A stretch of DNA of 50,107 bases from a virus (lineage: Duplodnaviria > Heunggongvirae > Uroviricota > Caudoviricetes): the IMG/VR virus record IMGVR_UViG_2596583652_000001, positions 64,001 to 114,107 of that record; one strand, written 5' to 3'. The notes below the pieces were generated by a model. That model saw only the letters and a program-made list of their open reading frames with translations. It was not told the origin of the DNA and ran no database searches. Below, piece by piece: positions 9,280 through 18,900 of this stretch. The translations under genes and the position numbers were made by a program. Numbering within the stretch: the first letter of the stretch is position 1; each line of letters begins with the position of its first letter.

Positions 9280-9489
9280 CTACCTCATTTCCTCCACGAA
9301 GCGGCTCACGGCGGCAGATATCGCCTCGGAGCGGTTCTTGAACTGCCCGGCACGGACGGCCTCATCCAGCCGCTCGGTTAGGGTGTTCTCAACCCAGATC
9401 GAAAGCTGCTTGCGACCCTCAGCTTCCCGCGCTTGGCGGTAGGCGGCGGATCGTTTACGAGCGAGGGCTGTCTGCACAGTATTCACCAC
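9280..9489 (-). CDS. CopG/MetJ-like ribbon-helix-helix protein upstream of repC
   Basis: RKQLSIWV beta-ribbon then TLTERLDEAV and NRSEAISAAV helices. Confidence 0.7.
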   Translation of the reverse strand: MVNTVQTALARKRSAAYRQAREAEGRKQLSIWVENTLTERLDEAVRAGQFKNRSEAISAAVSRFVEEMR

Positions 9490-9713
9490 CAGTGGACGCT
9501 TGGTGTCGCTAGTGATGTCCGATTCGTGGCGATTCGGGAAGGGCGTTTCTAGGAACGCCTCGCAGGACGCGCCGGGCGCCGGCTATATCCAGGATTCGCA
9601 GAAGGAAGATTATGGAAAGTAAGCCTTTGATTTAACTAATGAATTTGTTAACCATAGCCCATTGACGCCCCGTGGACAATCACCTTTCCAATGGCGCCTT
9701 CTGGAGAAAAAAG

Positions 9714-9731
9714 TATGTGTGCATTGACTTA
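9714..9731. promoter_or_regulatory. Operator between divergent RHH/repC and repressor genes
   Basis: TATGTGTGCATTGACTTA, overlapping a TTGACT -35-like hexamer. Confidence 0.65.
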
Positions 9732-9779
9732 CTTTCGATCTCTCATTAGGCGTAAGGGCATTCCTGCCTGCCTTTCTCG

Positions 9780-9802
9780 ACCCCACGACGCGCTCGCTAT
9801 AT
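9780..9802 (+). promoter_or_regulatory. Phage-type promoter of the repressor gene
   Basis: ACCCC-N12-CTATAT. Confidence 0.5.
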
Positions 9803-9851
9803 CTGAATTAATGAGACGCTCGAGCAACGAGAACAACGAGGAATTAAGAAA

Positions 9852-10307
9852 ATGAAGCGTTCCGGGAAGTCCGACACCTTGGCGGCCAAGCGCCTTAGCT
9901 TGCGCGATTTCGTAATCCAGCGGGTTGACGAGCTCAAGCCGCGGAAGAGCCAGAAGGACATCGCGGCCGAGGCGGGCTATCCCAGCCAGAACATGATCTC
10001 CCAGCTGAAGCTGGGCACCAGCAAATTGGCGATCGATCGCGTGCCCCTGCTCGCCAAGGCTCTCGACGTCGATCCCGCCTATCTGCTTCGCCTGGCTTTT
10101 GGGCAGTATTATACCGGGGAGACGATCGAGTTCCTCGACCAGGTCTACACCGGCCAGACCACAGATAACGAGCGCGAGATCCTGAACTTCATCCGAGAGG
10201 TTTCGGGCGATCGCGACCCCAAGCTGAACGAGGGCTCAAAGGCGCTGCTGCGCGAAGCGTTCGGTGTTGCCTCCGCCGATGAAGACACAACCGCCCAGAG
10301 CGCCTGA
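9852..10307 (+). CDS. XRE-family HTH transcriptional regulator (candidate phage repressor)
   Basis: SQKDIAAEAGYPSQNMISQLKLGTSKLAIDRVPLLAKALDV Cro/CI-type HTH; flanked by operator copies. Confidence 0.8.
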   Translation: MKRSGKSDTLAAKRLSLRDFVIQRVDELKPRKSQKDIAAEAGYPSQNMISQLKLGTSKLAIDRVPLLAKALDVDPAYLLRLAFGQYYTGETIEFLDQVYTGQTTDNEREILNFIREVSGDRDPKLNEGSKALLREAFGVASADEDTTAQSA

Positions 10308-10348
10308 CAACTTCTGCGTCGCTCGTTGTTGCTTCGCCAATAAGGCTG

Positions 10349-10372
10349 AAAGCCCGTCTGCACGGGCTTTTT
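10349..10372 (+). terminator. Intrinsic terminator after the repressor
   Basis: AAAGCCCGT-ctgc-ACGGGCTTT followed by TTATTT. Confidence 0.8.
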
Positions 10373-10387
10373 ATTTCCATTCCAACA

Positions 10388-10405
10388 TAAGTGACTAATC
10401 ACTTA
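10388..10405. promoter_or_regulatory. Operator with perfect 7-bp palindromic arms
   Basis: TAAGTGA-CTAA-TCACTTA. Confidence 0.75.
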
Positions 10406-10429
10406 TTTCAGGGTCAGTGAGAAATCGAA

Positions 10430-10699
10430 ATGGCAGTGACGGAAGCGATTCCTACCGAAGCAATGATGGATCCTGCTGAGGCATACGAGTTGGCGTCGAC
10501 GCTCGTTCGCCAGGATCGGGTCGAGCTCGAAGGTGTTGATGTGATCAGTGGTTATCATCGGGAATGGGGTTTTGTGACCATCGTCATTCCTTCCTTTGGT
10601 CGGTCCCTCGTCGTCAAGCCTCTCGCAGGACACGATGCTTTCGATCACCGGGAGACATCTAGCCTTTTGCAGTCCAATATGCTCTCGCGTATTGATTGA
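10430..10699 (+). CDS. Small hypothetical protein
   Basis: 89 aa, AT-richer codons, directly downstream of the operator. Confidence 0.5.
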   Translation: MAVTEAIPTEAMMDPAEAYELASTLVRQDRVELEGVDVISGYHREWGFVTIVIPSFGRSLVVKPLAGHDAFDHRETSSLLQSNMLSRID

Positions 10700-10707
10700 A
10701 TACTGAG
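10672..10707 (+). promoter_or_regulatory. Degenerate promoter/operator upstream of the cobT-like gene
   Basis: GTCCA-N12-GTATTG followed by a weak operator-like sequence. Confidence 0.3.
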
Positions 10708-10730
10708 CAATAACAAGAGAGAGCGCGACA

Positions 10731-13109
10731 ATGAACCGTGAGATCATCGAGCTTCGCGAGGTTATTCAGAAGCTCGTGCCGCTTCTGACCAATCGTGGTC
10801 TCAAGGTCACCCAGCGCGGCAGCCAGGCATTCGTGCTCACGGATCTGCGCACGCGCCAGCCTGTGTCGGTCAATATCCCGAGCGTCGGCGATGGCGCCTC
10901 GCCCGAGTTCATCCGCGCCATCCAGGGCTTCATCGATCACGAGGTCGCCCACGTTCTCATCACCGACTGGAACTATTACGGAGGCGGCCCGACGCCGCAG
11001 GAGGCGAAAGATCCGAAGGTTCGCGCCTTCCAGAACACCCACAACATCGTCGAGGACACGATGATTGAGCGGGAGATCGTCAAGATCTTCCCGGGCTCCG
11101 AGCGCAACATTAGCGATACCCGCAAGTTCTTCCTCGAGCGCATCACCTCCGAGGCGCTCAAGACGGCCAAGAACGAGCAGGAAGCTTTCATCTATCTCCT
11201 GGTGCCGGCGATGCGCGCGCTTGCCGGCCACGTCGAGATGGAAGACTACATGGACCGCGGCGGCCACTGGAAGAACCCGCTTGTCGACAATCTGGTGAAC
11301 AGCCTCAAGCCGTCGACGCTCGCGGCGCTCAAGACCTGCAGCAGCACCAAGGAAACGCTGGAGATCGCGCGCGAGGTCCACGAGATCCTGTATCCGCCGG
11401 CTCCGCCCGCACCGCCGGCTCCGGCGCCCTCTCCTGAGAAGGGTGATGGGGAGGATAAGCCGGACGACACCGCCGGTCCCGGCGAGGGCGACAAGGAGCG
11501 CAAGCACGAAGAGGCTGGTGACGATGGCGAGGGTGAAGCTGCGCCCGACGCTGAGAATGGTGAGGACGAAGACAAGCCGGAAGACGCCGAGGGCAGCGAA
11601 GACGAAGAGGCCGAGGCGGCCGGCACTGAGGATGATGACGACTCCGAAGATGCTGAGGAAGAGGCTCCGCAATCCGCCGCACCCGAGGGCGAAGATGAGG
11701 ATGAGGAGTCCAAGGACGACGCTGGTGATCAGGACGATGACGGCCGCGACGGCGACAGCGGCAAGGATGGCGAGAGCCAGGAAAAGGATGACGCGGGCGA
11801 GAGCGGTAAGAGCTCTGCCGGCGACGACGCCGACGATGACGCTGAGGATGGCGCGGTCGGTGGCGCCGAGGGCGATGAAGATGGCGAGGACCAGGCCGAC
11901 GGCTCCGGTGCCTCTGGTGACGATGAGGGCGGTGAAGGTGGCGCCGGTGGCGCAGGTGAGAACGAAGACGGCGAGCAGTCCGACGACAGCTCTGCCGGCT
12001 CCACGCCGCAGGTCATCACCGCCGGCGCTGATGGCGGCGGCGTAGGTGAGATTGAGACGGCGGATGAGAGTGACGACAAGAAGGGCGGCGGAGGCGGTGT
12101 CGGCAATGCCGCCGGCAAGTCCATGTTCGAGTTCAAGGACGACGCCTTCGAGGGACAGGATCTCTCGGCCCAGATCGCCGTCTTGATCTCCGAAGAAGCG
12201 GTCGAGGCGCTCGATCGCGACCACTACACCGTCTTCACCCGCGAGCTCGACAAGATCGCGCCGCTGGTTCCGCCGGAGAAGATCAACGATAGGTGGATTC
12301 CGGATATGGAGGACGAGGTTCGCTCCATGACCAGCCGGATGCAGAAGGACATTGAGCGCCTGATGGCGGCTCAGTCCTACATCATCCGCACGCCCGGTCA
12401 TCGCGCGGGCAAACTGCATGCGCCTTCGCTCTACCGGGTGCCGCAGGGCGACGGCCGTGTGTTCTCGCAGCGCGAGGAGCACAAGTCGAAGGACACCGCC
12501 GTGATGCTCCTGATCGACAATTCCGGCTCGATGAAGGGCCAGAAGATGCGCCTTGCGATGATGGCGGGTTACGCTCTCTCGACGACACTGGAGCGCGTCA
12601 GCATCGCTCATGAGGTGATCGGGTTCACGACCGGCGACTATTACGGCATCCCCAGTTCCCTGCAGGAGGCCATGCAGGAGGACGCTCGCAAGTCTGGCGT
12701 CCGGTGGGACCGGATGCTGCCGATCGTCATGCCCGTCTACAAGGAGTTCGACGAGCGGGTGACGCCCCTGGTCAAGAAGCGCATCGCCTACTCCATGAAT
12801 GCGCAGAACGGCCTGCAGGGCAATATCGATGGCGAGAGCCTCGAGTATGCGGCCATGCGGCTCATCAAGCGGCGCGAAAAGCGCAAGGTTATGCTCGTGC
12901 TCTCCGACGGTCAGCCGGCTGGCTCCAACCACGCCGGCCCGCACCTGAAATACGTGGTCCAGAACCTCACAAAGATCGGGATCGAGACCATCGGCATCGG
13001 CATCATGGACCGCGCTGTGGAGCGCTACTACCCCAAGAGCGTGGTCCTCAACAATGTGTCAGAGCTGCCCAATGAAGTGATGGGCGCTCTCAAGAAAATC
13101 CTTCAGTGA
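10731..13109 (+). CDS. cobT: CobT-like protein: N-terminal domain, long acidic linker, C-terminal vWA
   Basis: FIDHEVAH motif; vWA MIDAS LLIDNSGSM; GNIDGESL; MLVLSDGQP; IGIGI. Confidence 0.85.
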   Translation: MNREIIELREVIQKLVPLLTNRGLKVTQRGSQAFVLTDLRTRQPVSVNIPSVGDGASPEFIRAIQGFIDHEVAHVLITDWNYYGGGPTPQEAKDPKVRAFQNTHNIVEDTMIEREIVKIFPGSERNISDTRKFFLERITSEALKTAKNEQEAFIYLLVPAMRALAGHVEMEDYMDRGGHWKNPLVDNLVNSLKPSTLAALKTCSSTKETLEIAREVHEILYPPAPPAPPAPAPSPEKGDGEDKPDDTAGPGEGDKERKHEEAGDDGEGEAAPDAENGEDEDKPEDAEGSEDEEAEAAGTEDDDDSEDAEEEAPQSAAPEGEDEDEESKDDAGDQDDDGRDGDSGKDGESQEKDDAGESGKSSAGDDADDDAEDGAVGGAEGDEDGEDQADGSGASGDDEGGEGGAGGAGENEDGEQSDDSSAGSTPQVITAGADGGGVGEIETADESDDKKGGGGGVGNAAGKSMFEFKDDAFEGQDLSAQIAVLISEEAVEALDRDHYTVFTRELDKIAPLVPPEKINDRWIPDMEDEVRSMTSRMQKDIERLMAAQSYIIRTPGHRAGKLHAPSLYRVPQGDGRVFSQREEHKSKDTAVMLLIDNSGSMKGQKMRLAMMAGYALSTTLERVSIAHEVIGFTTGDYYGIPSSLQEAMQEDARKSGVRWDRMLPIVMPVYKEFDERVTPLVKKRIAYSMNAQNGLQGNIDGESLEYAAMRLIKRREKRKVMLVLSDGQPAGSNHAGPHLKYVVQNLTKIGIETIGIGIMDRAVERYYPKSVVLNNVSELPNEVMGALKKILQ

Positions 13110-13178
13110 CAGCACCTTAGCCGTCACGAAAGAATCTGGCGGGATTCGCATTTGGTCGCTTGTGACCCAAGCTAAAAG

Positions 13179-13196
13179 TAAGTATGTAGATACATG
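13179..13196. promoter_or_regulatory. Operator upstream of the cobS-like gene
   Basis: TAAGTATGTAGATACATG right after GCTAAAA. Confidence 0.6.
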
Positions 13197-13238
13197 ACAA
13201 CGCGCACGCGACATGCGCGACAATCTGGAGAGCCAGCC

Positions 13239-14501
13239 ATGAGTGAAGCAGCGACCCTCGACGCCGCGCCGAGCGCGGCCGTCGTCCCTGCCGCCGTCAA
13301 TGACGGCAAGATCACCTGCCACATCGACAACGCCCGCGTGCATTCGATCCAGCGGCATATCGGCGATCACTATGCCGCCGAGTGGACGATCGAGCGCTAC
13401 AAGCAGGAATTCCCGGGCGAGCCGCTGCTCTCGCCGGTGGCCGAGCGGCTTCTCCAGGAGCGGGCTCAGGAGCGCGCCAAGCAGCAGGCGAGCGAGCAGG
13501 TTCCCCGTCAGCCGGCATCTCCCGCGGCGATTGCCGGCCTGGTGACCGCGGCGACCGCGCTCACGCCCAAGACGGTGATGCTCAACGAGGCGTTCGGCCT
13601 CGGCAATGCGTCAGCGGCCATGAATGGCGAAGGCCGGCCAATCCCGATCACGACGTTCACGGGGCATGACCGCGCGTCGCTCGACTATCTGCCGGATCTC
13701 GATGCGGACTTTGTGTTCAACATCGACCTGCTCAAGAAGGTCATCATCGGCTTCGAGCTGAACATTCCGACCTATCTCTGGGGCTTTCACGGCACCGGCA
13801 AGACGACGGTGCTCGAGCAGGCGTCGGCGCGCACCGGCCGGCCGTTCATCCGCGTCCAGCACACGATCAACATGCAGGAGTCCGAGGTGCTCGGGCAGTG
13901 GACCGTCAAGGACGGCGCCACGCACTTCCAGCTCGGCCCGCTGCCGATGGCGATGATCAATGGCTGGGTCTACTGCGCCGACGAATACGACTTCGCCATG
14001 CCGGCCGTGACCGCGCTCTATCAGCCGGTGCTCGAGGGCAAGGCGCTGCTCATCAAGGACGCGCCCCCGATGTTCCGGCGCATCGAGCCGCATCCGAACT
14101 TCCGCTTCGTCGGCACCGGCAACACCAACGGCATCGGCGACGAAACCGGCCTCTACCAGGGCACGCTCGTCATGAACGCCGCCAACTTCTCGCGCTTCGG
14201 CATCACCGAGGAGGTCACCTACAACGAAGCGAAGGTCGAGGAGAGCATCCTCATCAGCCGCACCAAGATCGACCGGGCGACCGCCTCGAAGATCGTCAAG
14301 TTCGCCAATGACGTGCGCAAGCTGTTCCGCGACGGCAAGATCTCCATGACGGTCTCGCCGCGTGAGCTGATCCGCGCCGCGCAGCTGGGCATCGCCTATG
14401 GCGCCAAGTGGCAGATCGGGCTCGAGCTCGCTTTCGCCAATCGTCTGTCCCGTGTCGACAAGAAGGCGGTGATGGAATTCGCGCAGCGGATCTTCGGCTG
14501 A
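13239..14501 (+). CDS. cobS: CobS/MoxR-like AAA+ ATPase
   Basis: LWGFHGTGKTT Walker A, YCADEYDFA Walker B, HPNFRFVGTGNT, SPRELI sensor; ATG 13239 after GGAG. Confidence 0.88.
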   Translation: MSEAATLDAAPSAAVVPAAVNDGKITCHIDNARVHSIQRHIGDHYAAEWTIERYKQEFPGEPLLSPVAERLLQERAQERAKQQASEQVPRQPASPAAIAGLVTAATALTPKTVMLNEAFGLGNASAAMNGEGRPIPITTFTGHDRASLDYLPDLDADFVFNIDLLKKVIIGFELNIPTYLWGFHGTGKTTVLEQASARTGRPFIRVQHTINMQESEVLGQWTVKDGATHFQLGPLPMAMINGWVYCADEYDFAMPAVTALYQPVLEGKALLIKDAPPMFRRIEPHPNFRFVGTGNTNGIGDETGLYQGTLVMNAANFSRFGITEEVTYNEAKVEESILISRTKIDRATASKIVKFANDVRKLFRDGKISMTVSPRELIRAAQLGIAYGAKWQIGLELAFANRLSRVDKKAVMEFAQRIFG

Positions 14502-15133
14502 TGCAGCGCCGGTTCAATCCCGCCGACAGCGCGAAGCAGATCAAGGCGTTCGCGGCTCGTGTGCATCGCCGGCTCAAGGCGGCCGGCGCTGCGTCCCACG
14601 CGGTCGAGGACGTCGAGCAGGAGCTGTGGTGCATCTGGTGCAAGGCGTGCGACGCCTATGACCCGACCCAGGGTGCGTCGTTCAAGACGTTCCTGCACAA
14701 GGGCATGCAGCTCTACATCAACCGCTATGTCGAGAAGCATGTCAGTCGGCGCCATGCCGAGGTGGTCGCTCTGTCGATCGATTACTCCTATGGCGACGAG
14801 GACGACAATGCGACGCTCGGCGACGCTGTCAGCGCCGGCGACAAGTCGGCGGAGGATGAGCTGGCCGAGACCGACCTGTTCGGCAAGGTCATCGATCGGC
14901 TCTCCGCGCGCGCCCGCCTGTTCGTGACGCTGCTGCACGAGGAGCCGGCCGAGCTCGTCAATGAGGTGAAGCACCTCGAGCAGAAGGGCGATTACGCCAG
15001 GTCGCGCGGCCTGCCCTTCAAACAGTCCCTGCGCGTGACCAGTCGCATGGTGTTCGAGCTCATGGCGGCCGACCACGCCGAGCGCCGGGCCATTCTGGAA
15101 GAGATCAATCATGTCACCCGAAAGCTCGCCTGA
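14501..15133 (+). CDS. Phage-encoded sigma70-family-like factor
   Basis: VEDVEQELWCIWCKACDAYDPTQGASFKTFLHKGM resembles sigma region 2; LSIDYSYGDEDDNATLGDAV and IDRLSARARLFVTL resemble region 3 to 4.1; TGATG-coupled to cobS. Confidence 0.65.
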   Translation: MQRRFNPADSAKQIKAFAARVHRRLKAAGAASHAVEDVEQELWCIWCKACDAYDPTQGASFKTFLHKGMQLYINRYVEKHVSRRHAEVVALSIDYSYGDEDDNATLGDAVSAGDKSAEDELAETDLFGKVIDRLSARARLFVTLLHEEPAELVNEVKHLEQKGDYARSRGLPFKQSLRVTSRMVFELMAADHAERRAILEEINHVTRKLA

Positions 15134-15671
15134 GACCATCGACACGAACGTTCCCGAGTTCGCGCCCGGGTGCTTCGGTTCCGCCCTCGCCTATCGCGAG
15201 ACGGACAGCATCTGCACGGCCTGCGTCTTCGCCGGGCGCTGCAAGCCGCTGCACCTGCAGGCCCAGGCGGCGTTGCGCGCGCGCTTTGGCATCGAGCTCA
15301 CCGAGACGCAGAAGCGCCGGATCCAGCGCGCAGCGAACCCGCCCGCGCATCCCGCGGAGATGACCGTGCCCAAGAAGGTCCAGGCGCTGATCGATCGCTT
15401 CGACAACACCAATTCCCGGGTGGCCGAGCAGCTGGGCCAGGGCGTCAATCCGTTCGCGACCACGCTGCCCTTCATGCGCATCGTCTGCCACCTGCTGCTC
15501 AATTACGCCAAGCCGATCGACCGCGGGCTGTTGGCGACGGCCTTCGCCTCGCGCCTCAACTGGCAGCAGGACACGGCCGAAGCCCATGCGCGCATGGCAA
15601 TCCAGGCTCTCACTCATATCGGCGCGGTCGACAATATCGACGGCGCGATCGCACTGCGGAGGATCGGCTGA
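15111..15671 (+). CDS. Conserved phage hypothetical protein with N-terminal Cys cluster
   Basis: PGCFGS...CTACVFAGRC; possible C-terminal winged helix. Confidence 0.6.
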   Translation: MSPESSPETIDTNVPEFAPGCFGSALAYRETDSICTACVFAGRCKPLHLQAQAALRARFGIELTETQKRRIQRAANPPAHPAEMTVPKKVQALIDRFDNTNSRVAEQLGQGVNPFATTLPFMRIVCHLLLNYAKPIDRGLLATAFASRLNWQQDTAEAHARMAIQALTHIGAVDNIDGAIALRRIG

Positions 15672-15943
15672 TGGGTATTCGCTTCGAGTTTACCGTGGTG
15701 CGCCCGGGCGAGACCCGTGCCGGCTATGGCTATGCCGATGTCGCCGACGCGGCAGTGAGAGGCCCGGTCACCGAAGGGCTGGTCATCAATATCGAGAAGG
15801 TTCTGCGCGACGCGCTCGAGCCGCCCGGCAGCGACGTCCAGATCTCCTCGTGGTCAGTGCGGCCGGTCGAGAAGTCGGATTTGGTCTGCCAGGGCGGCGT
15901 CCTGCCGGACATTCTGCCGATCATTCTCTCCTGCCGCTCATAG
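15671..15943 (+). CDS. Small hypothetical protein
   Basis: MGIRFEFTVVRPG..., TGATG-coupled. Confidence 0.5.
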   Translation: MGIRFEFTVVRPGETRAGYGYADVADAAVRGPVTEGLVINIEKVLRDALEPPGSDVQISSWSVRPVEKSDLVCQGGVLPDILPIILSCRS

Positions 15944-15951
15944 GAGCACCC

Positions 15952-18900
15952 ATGCACTCGATCCTTGCCGCGCGCACCGACTTCTCGGTGGGCGAGTCCA
16001 TCCTGGGCACTGAGCGCCTGGTCGAGCTCGCGGTCGAAGCGGGCCAGAAGGCCGTCGCCATGACAGACACGATGAGTGTCACGGGCATGGTGGACTTCAC
16101 CAAGCGCACCAAGGCGGCCGGCCTCAAGCCGATCATCGGCACGCGGCTGCGCCTGATGGATGATCCCGCCTGGCGCCCGGGCACCGGCGAGAAGAAGAAG
16201 GACATGCCGCCGTCCTATTTCCTGACGGTCTATGCGCGCACCGAGGCGGGCATGAAGGGCATCTTCCGGCTGCTCACCCTCGCCAATTCCGAGGACCGCT
16301 TCTACTACGAGCCGAAGCTCGGCTTTGACGACCTGCGTAAGGAGCTGCGCGACCGGCTCACGCCTGACGATCTCGCTATCGTGCTGGGCGACGCGCACAG
16401 CGTTCTCACCCATCCCGACGCCGGCGTGATCATCGAGGACCTCAAGGCGGTCTGCGCCGATGTCTACGCGCCGCTGATCCCGGTCGACACGCCCTATTTC
16501 GGCCGGCTGAACCAGCTGGCGCTCGAAGCCTTCGGCACGCACCAGATCGAGCCGATCGTCATTCGTCCGGCCTTCTACGGCCAGGGCGAGGCGGACGCGC
16601 AGGAGATCATGAGCGCAATCACCGCCAACAACAAGGTCACCGACCCCTGGCACCGCTCGACCTTCAACCGCGACTTTCATGTGGTTGGCGAGGCGGCGCT
16701 CGGCGCTGAGGCGATGAAGGCGGCAAAGCATCTGCTGCGGCGCGGCGTCCCGGCTGTCGGCCCCGCGATCAGTCGCGGTCTGCGCAACACCGATCGCCTG
16801 GTCGCCAGCATCAGCTACGAATGGACCAAGGCGGAGCCGTCGCTGCCGAAGATGGCGGCCGACGAGTTCGCGGTCGTGGTCGAGGAGTGCAAGAAGGGCT
16901 TCAAGGAGCGCTTCGCCGCGCCGGTCTTCGGCCATCAGCCGAGCGCGAAGGAGCTGACGGAGATCTATCACCCGCGGCTTGTCTACGAGCTCGAAACCCT
17001 CAAGCGGCTCAATTTCTCCGGCTACTTCCTGCTCGTGCAGGACGTGGTGCAGTTCGCCAAGCGCTCCGGCATTCTCGTCGGCCCGGGCCGCGGCTCCGTC
17101 GGCGGCTCCCTCGTCGCCTATCTCATGGGCATTACCGAGTGCGATCCGCTGCGTTTTGGGCTGCTGTTCGAGCGCTTCATCAACCCCGACCGTATCGACC
17201 TGCCCGACGCCGACCTCGACTTCATGTCCGAGCGCCGGCACGAGGTGGTCGAGTATCTCGTCGCCAAGTATGGCCGCGACCGCGTCGCCGGTGTTTCCAA
17301 CTTCGGCACGCTGGCGGCTGCCTCGGCGATCCGCGATGTGAGCCGCGTCACCGGCATCCCCGAGAAGGACTATTCCGTCTCGAAATTCGTGCCCAAGCTG
17401 CACGGCGCTAATGTGCCCCTGCCCAAGTGCCGCGAGCAGGTCGGCGAGATCGACAGCTTCGCCAACCAGTATGCGCCGCTCTGGCCGATCATGGAGCGGC
17501 TCGAGGGCACGATCCGCAACTTCTCTCAGCACGCGGCCGGCATCGTCGTCGGTGGTGTGGATCTGGTCGAGCGCGCGGTCGTGGAGCGGCGCAAGGAAGA
17601 GAGCGTCGTGTGCTGGGACAAGCGCATCGTTGAGGATCAGGGCCTGATCAAGATGGACATTCTGGGCCTGCGCACGCTGGACCTGGTGAGCCAGGCGCTC
17701 GCCTACATCAAGGAGCGCACCGGCAAGACCGTCGATCTGCACCGCATTCCGCTCGATCACCCCGACGTGCTGGCGAACTTCGCCAAGGGCAACACGACCG
17801 GCATCTTCCAGTTCGAGTCCGGCGGCATGCGCCGGCTGCTGAAGGAGCTCGGCTCGGATGGCTGCATCACCTTCGACGACATCACGGCCGCGACCGCTCT
17901 CTACCGGCCCGGCCCGATGGAGTCGGGCATGATGGACAGCTTCTACAAGCGCAAGCAGGGGCTCGAGCATATCGACTACGACCATTCGCTGATGGAGCCG
18001 GTCCTGCGCGAGACGTTCGGCGTGATCGTCTACCAGGAGCAGGTCATGAAGATCTCCCAGGTGATCGCCGGCTACAGCGGCGCCGACGCCGACAAGCTGC
18101 GCAAAATCATGGGCAAGAAGCTGCCCGAGGAGATGCGCAAGGAGCGGCAGAAGTTCGTCGATGGGTGCGTGGCGACGATCGGGTGCGCCGAGGACTGGGC
18201 CGGGCGGCTGTTCGACAAGATCGAAGGCTTCGCGGGCTACGGCTTCAACAAGAGCCATTCGGTCGAATACACGCTGATCTCCTACCAGTCGATGTGGCTC
18301 AAGACCTTCCATAGCGTGGAGTTCTATGCCGCCGGCCTCACGCTCATGGATGAGGACAAGCTCCCTGCCCTGCTGCGCGACGCGGCCCAGGGTGGCGTCA
18401 AGGTGACCACACCCGACATCAACATCTCCACCAACCGCTTTGAGATCATCACCGACACCAGCCTCGCCATGCCCTTCCAGCGCATCAAGGGTCTGTCGGA
18501 GAAGACGACGAACGCCATTCTCGAGGCGCGTGCCGCCGGCCCGTTCGTGAGCAAGGAGGATTTCCTCGCCCGCGTCGAGAAGCGCCGCTGCAATGTCTCC
18601 CATCAGGCCAAGCTCGATCAGGTGGGTGCCTTCGCGCGCATCGAGCCCTCGCAGCCTGCAGCCGACGATCCCTCGCGCATCCGGGATCAGATTGAGCTTC
18701 TGCCCGGCCTGATCACCGCCAATGTGCCCGTCCAGCGCGACATGCACACCGACAAGGTGACAAAGGCGGCGATCGGGGAGCTGGTGGACGAGTATCGGGC
18801 GCAGTTCGGCCCGGGCGCCGAGGTCGTGGACGGCATGCCGGTGAAGCCCTCCTTCGGACGCACGGCGCGCTTCATGCTCGTGATGGACGCGCCCAATGGC

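Noticed and set aside
10731-14501. Cobalamin biosynthesis island
   Set aside because: Only cobS/cobT-like genes are present; no cobN or other cob genes in the window
15730-18747. Very long minus-strand ORFs (1005 aa here; also 2178-3233, 5257-7266, 10659-12944, 27295-29316, 32573-34078, 40779-43244)
   Set aside because: Each mirrors a well-supported plus-strand gene; strong GC3 bias suppresses antisense stops and the translations have no motifs
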